Assembly: GCA_043228905.1 (NCBI GenBank)
Contig: JBHGNT010001254.1
Span: 1 to 10,611 of the forward strand
DNA length: 10,611 bases
From: Azolla caroliniana
Taxonomy: Eukaryota > Plantae > Polypodiophyta
Direction of reading: 5' to 3'
The notes beneath the pieces are model-generated. The model saw only the letters and a program-made list of their open reading frames with translations. It was not told the origin of the DNA and did no database searches. Positions within the stretch are counted from its first letter, which is position 1. Each line of letters starts with the position of its first letter. The position numbers were made by a program, and so were the translations under genes. This document shows positions 1-8,839 of the stretch, piece by piece.

Positions 1-674
1 CGGTCCCGTCAGCCGTTTCCATTGCGCACCGACTCGCCTTGTCCGCCATGACCACGGGGCCTATCTCCCTCCATGTACAACATCTTGCTGTCGACATGCG
101 TGCTCGTCGACGTACTCGTGTGGTTCTCCTCTATAAGGAGCATCTAGTGTAGGTCGAAATACGATGACATAATCTCCCGTGTACACACAATAGTTCGGAA
201 CGCTCCGAATTTCGACGCCAGTCCCCCAAGACAGATCTACACAATCTCGCCTTCCTTGACGTTCACATCGATAGAGGCTAAGGAGTCGCATATCTCTTTG
301 ATCTTCGAGGTGTAATCAACCACCGACAAGTCGTGTTGTCGTAAGTTGCTCAGCTCCTGTTGGAGTTGAAGCTTCTTGGCTGTGGTGCTTGCGGCGAAAA
401 TCTTCTTCAGATTTCGCCAAACATCTTTCGGTGTTTTCACATCCCGAATGTAGCTTAGAAACTGTTCGCCCACATAAGACGCGAAGTAGTAGAGGACTCT
501 GCTCGCCAATTGTTCCCACGCTGGGAAATCTCTGTGCGTCAAATTGGGTGTTGTGTCATTTGCTCCGTTGACGTAGCTCTAGTAACCGTGCCCGAGCAGG
601 TACTAGTGCATCTTGTAGGACCAAGACGCATAGTTGTTTTTGTCAAGCTTCTCGGTTGGAAGCGAGCTAGCCAT
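1..674 (-). pseudogene. gag: Copia gag (UBN2/Retrotran_gag_2-type), inactivated
   Basis: One frame from ATG 674: MASSLPTEKLDKNNYASWSYKMH*YLLGHGY*SYVNG...KTPKDVWRNLKKIF...KKLQLQQELSNLRQ...SVVDYTSKIKEICDSLASI...CLGGL...F...MLLIEE. The KLdxxNYxxW, W-x-x-L and Y-x-x-K-I/LxGL motifs are typical of Copia gag. In-frame stops at 603-605, 579-581, 237-239, 144-146 and 9-11; no frameshift. Confidence 0.92.
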
Positions 675-739
675 GCCTCTATCCATTTTGTTTTTCCTGT
701 TCTTTACGAAGGTCGACTGCAGAGGTTCTCAACCCTCGC

Positions 740-751
740 GCTCTGATACCA
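740..751 (-). promoter_or_regulatory. Primer-binding site complementary to the 3' end of initiator tRNA-Met
   Basis: Plus strand GCTCTGATACCA is TGGTATCAGAGC on the minus strand, directly after the LTR-terminal CA (752-753). Confidence 0.95.
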
Positions 752-1184
752 TGTAAAAAGAATAGTGTGCGGAAGCAATAGAAAACCGAACACAGAAACG
801 CAGGTTTAATGGAGAGCTTGAATATACACAATACTCGGGAGAGAGAGAGAGAGAGAGAAGGCACACAAACTCAATTAAAAAATAATACTCAATCTGTACA
901 TAGGATGTGCTTAGTGAGCACCTTTATACAAGTCCATACGGACTGACAGAAGTACTGACATGTACTTCAATGCTCATAAGTGAGCTCTACACTAACTCCC
1001 AAAATATATTCCTACGCGGAATATCTTTCCAACGGCCTCACGGTTTACGCACCACTACGGCTTCTCGTGGCGCACCGGTCTGCGCACCGGTTATGCACCG
1101 GTCCCGCCTAACTAATTGATCCCAACCGATCCAGTTCTCGGCTTGCACAGCCGATCCAACCAATGTTGAGCTTGTATCTCAACA
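752..1184 (-). repeat. Copia 5' LTR (~433 bp)
   Basis: The inner end is fixed by the PBS (...TTTTTACA|TGGTATC). The outer end is placed at TGTTGAGATAC (1184), where LINE coding sequence takes over. TATA-like TATAAA at 923-928 (minus) and (GA)10 at 839-858. The second LTR is outside the window, so the outer boundary is inferred. Confidence 0.75.
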
Positions 1185-1521
1185 CAAGCAAATCGCAGGG
1201 TAAAGTGGCAACCAAAGTTGCATGGAAGAAAATAACATGATGCAAGAAAGAAGGGGGAACTTGGACCCATTGATCTAGAAACTAGGAGCAAAGCATTATT
1301 CAATTGGGCGAATTAGTAGTAAGGAGTCTCCTCCTTGGCAAGGAAGTATGGAAAGTGTTGATAAGGCGTAGATTTGATATGTGGTCTCCTAGAACAGGAG
1401 GCAAGTGGGATACAAGCTCAAAGAACTTGACATGGGATACAGTGGAACTAGGATGGAAAACTCCGAAAGGTAATATTCAGTTTTTCCATTATTCATGTAA
1501 GCTATTAGAGGCATGAACTAA
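1185..1521 (+). pseudogene. Degenerate L1-clade LINE ORF2 fragment (region C-terminal to reverse transcriptase)
   Basis: Across two frameshifts it reads GKVATKVAWKKIT*CKKEGG/LGPIDLETRSKAL/LGELVVRSLLLGKEVWKVLIRRRFDMW...LLEA*. This matches the plant L1 signature (K)VAWxxIxxPKxEGGLGxxDxxxxxKALLxKxxxRxxxxxxxxWxxLI. KVAW is at 1214-1225. Confidence 0.82.
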
Positions 1522-1959
1522 TGTAAGCATTAGATAAGGATAGAATATAGATCTAGATAGAAAAGAGAGAGAGAGAAAGAAGGGTGCTGATCCACCCGAC
1601 CACCCCCGAGTGAAGGGATCGAGATGGACTCGAGCCTCGATGCGCGTCCCATACCACCGTCGTGGCGTTGAGTCGTACCTAGTGCTCGCGCACTCGCTAC
1701 AAGAGTTGACCCACCACAAGACAGAGTCTCAACATAGTCAACAAGATGATCAAATGAGGGTAGCTAGGCCTCTTATTTATAACGATACCCAAGGCCCCCA
1801 GGCAAGTTCACACTTGGCCTAATGGGTTGTCTCAATCCCGAGGATTAAAAGTAATCCTCCCCTTCTTTACACTCTCGTTTAACCCTCACACTTATCCACA
1901 TGTATAGAATGCTACGGTAAATTCTCACCACGGGATATTATATGGTCATGCTCGTAACA
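1522..1959 (-). repeat. Gypsy 3' LTR (~438 bp)
   Basis: Begins TGTTACGAGC at 1959, 2 nt after the PPT. TATAAATA at 1774-1781 (minus). Ends ...GCTTACA at 1522, where LINE-like coding resumes. An alternative end, TGTAAGC at 1496, cannot be excluded. Confidence 0.78.
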
Positions 1960-3553
1960 TACTCCCCCTCTTTAAAACATTGCACTCTTGCAATGGAAAA
2001 TTAGGGACGTTAGTTCTGAGAGTATTTTCGCGTTCCCATGTGGCATCTTTTATTGATTTATCCATCCATTTTATTTTAAATTCTCGGATTTCTTTAGTAC
2101 GTAATTTTTTTGTTATAATATCGAGAATTCTTTATGGTACATGTGCTTTAGAAGATAATTCTTCAGAAGTAACCAGAGTTTCAGTTGTAACTGTCTTGTC
2201 GCCAAAACCTAGAAGTTCTTTTAGACGACTCACATGAAAAATTGGATGAATTTCAACACCATCGGGAAGAGCGAGACAATAGGTTGATGACCCAATGCGT
2301 TTGAGGACTGTAAAAGGGCCACAAAACCGTGGGGCTAACTTAGCGCACTTACCCTTAGACAATGTCTTAGAATTGTGAGGTACACGTAAAAATACCTTTT
2401 GTCTAGGGTTGAATACACGAGGTTGCCTATGATGATCGACATAAAAACGCGCTCTATCTTGAGCTGTTTTTATATTATCTCGTGCAATATGAAACATATC
2501 TTGCATATCTCGAAGAAAGTTTTGCGTACTTCGCAACTCATCATGATGTATATTAACATCAATCGGGGCTCGTGGCTGAAAACCATAATCAACATAAAAG
2601 GACTATATCCCGTCGATGTATGCTTGGAGCTATTAAAAGCAAACTCCAAAATTGGGAGATAACGTTCCCATTTTGTTGGTTTTGCACCAACGTATGCTCG
2701 AAGCATGTCCTCAATAATTTGATTTACTCGTTCTGTTTGTCCATCGGATTGAGGATGATCCGTGGAGCTCATGCTCAATGTAGTTTCTAACTTCTTGAAG
2801 ACTTGCGTCCAGAAGTCACTAGTAAACTTTGGATCTCGATCACTCACGATATCCATCGGTAACCCATAAAAACGAAATAACTCGTCAACAAATTGGTAAG
2901 CCAATTCAGGAGCTGTTACCGTGGTTTTAGTAGCAATAAATCTGGCCATTTTAGTTAGTCTATCAACCACAACCGAGATGGCATCATGGCCTTTTTGGGT
3001 GCGAGGAAGGCTAACAATAAAATCCATGGATATACTTTCCCACTTATTCTTGGGAATGTCCAAGGGACATAAAAGTCATGCGGCTTTAAGTCGCTCGACT
3101 TTGTTAACCTGACATTGGTGACATTCAGTCACATAACTATGTATGTCAGGGCGCATCTTAGACCAATAGAATTGAGTGGAGATGGGAACGAGTGTATGAT
3201 GTATTCTAAGGTGCCCTGCTGAGGGTGCATCATGGCATTCAAAAAGAATTCTCTTTTTGACCTCAGGCAAATCTAGAACACAAACCTTCCCATTACGGTA
3301 GAGCAGACCATTAGCAATGTGGAAGTATTCCTTTGAGGATGTGGTGGTGTCGGTTCTAGACTCAACTCTTGCCCAGTATTTTGCGAAATAACTGTCATCA
3401 GGATACTTTCCTCGAAGGTGATCATAAAGATCTGATGTTATTTCAGTGAAGCTAAGCATGTTAACTTCACGGATGCGACTTAGTGCATCAACGAAAGTGT
3501 TCATGGAACCTTTACAATATCGTATGGAAAAATAAAAGGGTCGAAGCATGCTA
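1946..3553 (-). pseudogene. pol: Gypsy pol C-terminus: RNaseH tail, HHCC zinc finger, DDE integrase core, GPF motif, chromodomain
   Basis: IRYCKGSMNTFVDALSR (RNaseH end); HDAPSAGH...CHQCQ (HHCC); SMDFI...IVSDRD...GQTERVNQ (D,D35E); RFCGPF...HPIFHVSRLK; then P*RILD...EFKIKW...DATWERE. Lesions: TGA 3076-3078, a 1-nt frameshift at ~2588 (restores YGFQPRAPID) and TAA 2132-2134. Terminal stop at 1946-1948. Confidence 0.95.
1962..1973 (-). promoter_or_regulatory. Polypurine tract
   Basis: Minus strand AAAGAGGGGGAG-TA-TGTTAC. Confidence 0.9.
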
Positions 3554-3789
3554 CGGTGTACCAACTTTTGGCCAAAAATCTAGTACTAAATCGAAGAAGA
3601 AAATAAACATTAAAAATTGTAAATAAATTTCAAAAAACAAAAAACAAATTCATTACGTCACACTCGTATGCACAAAGATATTATACATCACACTCGAAAT
3701 GTCCCTAGGCCATATTTAATACATTAATTGTTGCCCCAGTCTCCTAGGTAGAGTTGTACGAAAGCACACCTGGAGAAGGTATCCATTGT

Positions 3790-4037
3790 GATAGTTGGTC
3801 AGTCTCAGTATCTCTCTCTCTCTCTCTCTCTCTGGTATGGGTAGTTGAACGTGTCAGTTGGTATGTCTCTCTCTCTCTCTCTCTTCTGTCTCGAAGTTGT
3901 CAGACAGACAGTGGCAGAAAGTTAAAGAAAGACGACATATCTATTACAGGTCTATCTCTCTCTTTCTCTCTCTCACTCCACCTTCGAAGCTCTATTTCTT
4001 TCTTTCTTTTTATTTCTCTCTCTCACTCCACCTTCGA
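3790..4037 (+). repeat. (TC)n tracts and a 25-bp direct repeat in the probable promoter/5' UTR of the RING gene
   Basis: TC runs at ~3812-3833, 3866-3883 and 3955-3974. TTTCTCTCTCTCACTCCACCTTCGA occurs at 3963-3987 and 4013-4037. Pyrimidine-rich leaders are common in plant Pol II genes. Confidence 0.7.
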
Positions 4038-4188
4038 TTCTCTGTTTCCCCGCGTAGCTGTTCTTGTGTTCCCCTCTGTGCCAAGTTCGATCTCTGAACT
4101 CTGTATACGCAGAGATTTTTGTTTCCCCTGCTCGTTGTATGTGTTGTTGATTTTCCTTCCTTGTGTATGCTCGTTTGTCTCCTCTGCA

Positions 4189-4298
4189 GCAGCCTCGTGA
4201 ACAACCTCTTGCATATAGGTGATTTTGAAGGCTTGGTGTGCTCCCAAGGTGTCGAAATCAACACAGTGTGGTACCTCTGCAAGTTGTACGACCTCCAG
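4189..4298 (+). other. Candidate upstream exon of the RING gene (UTR or coding)
   Basis: Polypyrimidine tract with CTCTGCAG acceptor before 4189 and CAG|GTATTC donor at 4298/4299. A T-rich intron-like stretch follows, ending TTTTCTTCTAG at 4884. Confidence 0.5.
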
Positions 4299-4494
4299 GT
4301 ATTCTCTGTGTTGCATGCCCAACTGGTATGTTTTCTTTTTTTGAATGTTTCCTGTCTGTCTGTTTTTTATTTGCATGTGTATGGCCATTTTTAGGTTTTG
4401 ATTATTCATAGTCTATGTGTTGCATGCCCAACTGGTATGTTTTTGTTTTCTTTGTGTTTCTCTGTGTTTCTTTTAAAAATGTATGACAATATTT

Positions 4495-4850
4495 TGATCG
4501 AGGTGGTTGTGTGTTAGACATGTTTGTACATGCAACGTAAATGGAGTTGGCTATGATGAGTTGCTATGTTTTCGTTTTGTTCTTGTTTCCTGTCCATCTG
4601 TTTTATTTTGTGTGAGTTTGACATGGATGAGTTTTTTTCCGACTATTTTGGGTTTTTGTGTGTTTGACATGGCTTGTACATGCGATGTGATGGAGTTGGC
4701 TATGATGATTTAAAATGTTTTAGTTTTCTTTGACTTTCCTATCCGTCTGTTTTTATTGTCTGTGTGTTTGACATGGATGAGTTTTTTTCCGACTATTTAA
4801 GGTTATTGTGTGTTTGACATGGTTTGTACATGCAATGTGATGATTTACTA
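4495..4850 (+). repeat. ~150-bp tandem repeat (~2.3 copies) in the first intron
   Basis: TTGTGTGTT(A/T)GACATG..TTGTACATGC recurs at 4507, 4656 and 4806. TTTGACATGGATGAGTTTTTTTCCGACTATTT is identical at ~4617 and ~4767. Confidence 0.85.
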
Positions 4851-6035
4851 TGTGTTGATGGTAATTGCTTGAGTTTTCTTCTAGTACATGCATATTCATT
4901 CCCTGAGAATTGTGTTGACTAGGACAATGATGAGAAGGACACCCATAAAGAAGACATTGATGAAGGAGAAAGTGAAGACACCAGTGAAAGAAGGAAGAAG
5001 GACACCCATGAAAGAAAGCAAGAAGACACCCACAAGAGAAAGGGTGATGAATTCATCAACACAGAGAAAGAAGATGTACCACTCCATCAGTCGAGACACA
5101 CCTCTTGGATGGAATTATTTCCTTCGAGCACGACCTGACATTTATCCAGAGCTGAGAGAGTGGTTGTAAAAAACCTGGGGGTCAGCACATCCCGACACAA
5201 GGCGAGGATTCCACATAAGTGGTTTGAAGAGGGAATACATGAATTGATTGAAGACGAGATACGAACATGTTTATGATACAAATCAAATCACTAACAATGA
5301 GGTGGGTACTATTTTTGCACGTGCTTTTGCATGTGAAGTTCAAGGTGGCATCGACGTAAATTGGGAAGATTTTAATCGGCACCGGTCAGAACATTACAAA
5401 GGGTCCTCCAGTACCAACACTGGCTTGAAGTCATCTGGAACCTCTCATGTGGATATTCCAGCTACAACACCTGTCCACCAAGTTCTAGAGGCAAAGGTAC
5501 AGGCCACAATGACTGAAAAGCATGAACAAATGATGGCCGGTTGCATAGCTTCTATGAGCTCAAGAATACAAGCACTACTTGCTGATTTGGAAGCAGTTAA
5601 ATCAGCTGAGATACAGGTAGAAAAGAAATTTTCTTCAATAAAAACTACATATGAATGGATTGCATCGACAATCCAAAATTCAGAAAGTGAGGTGTTGAAA
5701 GAGGAGTTGAAGAAAGAGCTGAACAATATGGGCACTCAATTAGGTTCACAGATGAGAGACCTTGATACTTGCAGGAATGCACATGAAGAAATAGATAATA
5801 AGTTGTCAGCCTTAAAGTTGCATTCTGAGAACCTTGCATGCTTGATGCAGGATTTAAAACAAAATGGTTTTGATACTTTGTGTCCATCTGTAATTGAGCA
5901 CCCAAGTGGTATAGAAAGTACCATTACTAGTATAGCTATATCACGGTATTGTCTTTAAAAGTTATTTATTTCTACTTCTCTGGTATAAATAAGTGAGTAG
6001 CTAATATATTATAACTTGTGTTTGCAATCTTCCAG

Positions 6036-6220
6036 GTGTATATTTTGTGGCCTCGGATTCAAGCTGGAGGCTATGGATGTTGTGATTACACCATGTTTGC
6101 ACACATATCATGTGCTATGTGCTAAGTATCATTTTGAGAAAGAGAATACATGTATGGACTGTAAAACTACAATTGCGGCTGAGTGGTACTATGCTTGGGG
6201 TTTAAAAGTACACCCGTACA
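6036..6220 (+). CDS. Exon encoding a RING-H2 (C3H2C3) zinc finger
   Basis: CIFC-x15-C-L-H-TY-H-VL-C-x10-C-MD-C has all eight ligands at canonical spacing, followed by EWYYAWG. Flanked by TTCCAG| and |GTATGT. Confidence 0.88.
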
Positions 6221-6779
6221 GTATGTGGCTCTACTATTCTATTGTTTGTATTATATGATGTCAATTAACATTTGGACTAGAACTAGTGTATGACACAATT
6301 CATACTTCAAATTTAGTGTAATCTCTAACAACTATTATGTGGAACCCTAATTATGTGGGTTAGTATTGGCAGTACTCTTAATATATAATTGGTATGTGTA
6401 GTTGAAGGGATATTTTCCAGAATTAGTAGTACTAAAAGGGAACCAGGTACAACATCGTCCAATCTATATTGCAACTTGCCTAGTATTAGTTTAGTAAACA
6501 CTATACTTATAGTACACTGTTGATTGTTAGTATTGTTTGTGTAACTTGGGAATTAGTACTAGTAATGTAATTTGGGAACAAGGTGTATAGTAAATTGCTG
6601 AATAATGGTACAGTTATTGTAATTTGGAAATGAGGTGTGTCAAACACATATCACGTTTAGTACTAATACTGTTCAAGATTAATACTATTGGTGTAATTAG
6701 TACAAGTTATGTAACTAGGTGTGTAGAACACATATCACGTTTAGTATTACTTGTGTGCAAAATACCAATCTACATTTGT

Positions 6780-7860
6780 TGGATTAGTACTTAGTAAGTA
6801 CTACATGGTTCATGATTAGTACTATTTCTATACTTTGTGAACTAAGTTACTAGTACATTGCTCATGATTAATACTAGTTTTGTAATTTGGGAACTGAGTA
6901 GTACTTTGTTCCTTATTAGTACTAGTTTTGTACCTTATTAGTACTAGATCAGTAATCTAGAAAATAAGTGAGTAGTACATTTTGTAGGATTAGTACTAAT
7001 TGTGTAATTTGACTAAGTCAGTGGTACATTGTTCAGGATTAGTACTCCTTGTGTAATTTGGTAACTAAGTGAGTAGTATATTGTGCATGATTAGTACTAC
7101 TTGTGTAAATTGGGAACTAAGTGAGCATTACATTGTTCGGGATTAGTACTCCTTGTGTAATTTGGTAACTAAGTGAGTAGTATATTGTGCATGATTAGTA
7201 CTACTTGTGTAAATTGGGAACTAAGTGAGCAGTACATTGTTCGGGATTAGTACTAGTTCAGTGATTTAGGAAATAAGTGAGTAGTATATTGTGCATGATT
7301 AGTACTACTTGTGTAAATTGGGAACTAAGTGAGCAGTACATTGTTCGGGATTAGTACTAGTTCAGTGATTTAGGAAATAAGTGAGTAGTACATTGTTCAA
7401 GATTAGTACTACTTATTAATTTGACTAAGTCAGTGGTACATTTTTCGGGATTAGTACTTGTGTAATTTGGTAACTAAGTGAGTAGTATATTGTGCATGAT
7501 TAGTACTACTTGTGTATATTGTGCATGATTAGTACTAATCGTGTATATTGGGAACTAAGTGAGCAGTACATTGTTCCTTATTAGTACTAGTTCAGTAATT
7601 TAGGAAACACGTGAATAGTACATTGTTCAAGATTAGTACTACTTTTTAATTTGACTAAGTCAGTGGTACATTGTTCGGGATTAGTACTCCTTGTGTAATT
7701 TGGTAACTAAGTGAGTAGTATATTGTGCATGATTAGTACTACTTGTGTAAATTGGGAACTAAGTGAGCAGTACAGTGTTCCTTATTAGTACTAGTTCAAT
7801 AATTTAGGAACTATGTGAGTAGTACATTGTTCATGATTGGTACATTGTGTAATATGGGAA
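6780..7860 (+). repeat. 52-bp intronic minisatellite (~20 units) with higher-order structure; degenerate copies extend left to ~6300
   Basis: The anchor (G/T)ATTAGTACT (occasional single mismatch) starts at 6814, 6866, 6936, 6988, 7037, 7089, 7141, 7193, 7245, 7297, 7349, 7401, 7449, 7498, 7527, 7579, 7631, 7679, 7731, 7783 and 7835. Spacing is mostly 52, with 48/49 and partial units. It lies inside intron 6221-7944. Confidence 0.95.
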
Positions 7861-8839
7861 GCAGCTCTTGTGACCTACATTATATATTTTAGATGATGGT
7901 ACTAACATTCAAGGTTTTTTTGTTTCTTGCAATGAATGTTGTAGTGTCAAGCAACTCCACGCCAGGGAAGGTAATGGAACAACCAGCCCCTGTGCCTAAA
8001 CCCTCAATATCTACTGCACATTCCAAGGTTCAGGGACCATCATTACCAATAACCTATGATTTTTATGATGAGGATGAATGTATGAGAAGGGCCATTGGAG
8101 CAGTGGAACATATGCTTCTACAAACAAATTCCCCAAGCTCCGGTCAACATCAAGAAATAGAGCCCACTAAGAAGAGAAATGCAGTTTCTTTACAAATAGA
8201 GCCCAATAAGAAGAGAAATGCTGCAAGAATGTTGTATGGAAACGACAAGAAAGGCAAAGTTGAATGCAATGGTGAGTCATATAAGTTCTCACATGTCCGG
8301 AGCATTGTCAACCTAATCCATTGTCTAATACCATGTACTTGTGTTACTAGCTGATGACGAAATGATATTTGGTGACGGAGATACGAGTCCAAAACCTGAT
8401 CGTGAAGACGAATTTATCACACTCCTAGGTACACGTCAAAAGCCAGACTTTGAAAACAATGATTTAGCTCATAACAACCCTATTTTTGTTGCTATTATAG
8501 ATCATAACAACATTGTTGAGCACCTAGATGTTGTGGAGAAGATGACCGAGCCCACCACTTGCAATGGGGTATCTACGGTTGTACAGTATGACGATGTAAC
8601 ATTAGGTAAAAATGTGGCCCTAAACCCTATGTTCATTGTTTGCAAACTTTTGAGTATGTGAGTTGATACTAATATTCTTTGGAATCCCATTAATTAGGTT
8701 TACAAGAGCAGTCTGATTCCCAACTGCAATCAAATGAATCGGGAACTTCATGGAGCACAAGTGCAGAGTCAGAATCTGGTTAGAGTCAGAATCAAATTAA
8801 CCTTTGCACGGAGGCAGACTTTGGAAGCACATCTTCCAC

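Larger units (their letters stand above)
1..1184 (-). mobile_element. Ty1/Copia LTR retrotransposon, 5' portion (LTR-PBS-gag), continues off the left edge
   Basis: Order on the minus strand is TG...CA LTR, then PBS TGGTATCAGAGC, then a 65-bp leader, then a Copia-type gag ATG at 674. Confidence 0.93.
1522..3553 (-). mobile_element. Ty3/Gypsy chromovirus, 3' half (RNaseH end-integrase-chromodomain-PPT-3' LTR)
   Basis: RNaseH-then-integrase order, a GPF module, a chromodomain, and a PPT abutting a TG-starting LTR. Interrupted at ~3553 by unrelated sequence. Confidence 0.93.

Noticed and set aside
1021-1034. Alternative Copia LTR start at ~1034 (minus CGTTGGAAAG)
   Set aside because: It lacks the terminal TG, and non-LINE sequence continues to 1184, where a canonical TGTTG end abuts LINE coding sequence.
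389-3112. Small plus-strand ORFs antisense to gag and pol (389-571, 510-746, 1980-2237, 2399-2662, 2572-2790, 2921-3112) and ORFs inside the LTRs
   Set aside because: These are shadow frames of retroelement genes with no independent coding signal.
3754-4409. ORFs 3754-4200 (+), 3858-4097 (+), 4010-4282 (-), 4023-4409 (-)
   Set aside because: They are products of TC/GA microsatellites and T-rich UTR/intron sequence (SLSLSL runs), with no domain signal.
6780-7860. CRISPR-like or guide-RNA array (constant GATTAGTACT with variable intervening sequence)
   Set aside because: The intervening segments are homologous and recur as four types rather than being unique spacers. There are no cas-like genes, and the array lies in a spliceosomal intron.
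7893-7944. Apparent signal peptide MMVLTFKVFLFLAMNVVV on ORF 7893-8354
   Set aside because: It is the translated branch point and polypyrimidine tract of the intron. The exon begins at 7945.
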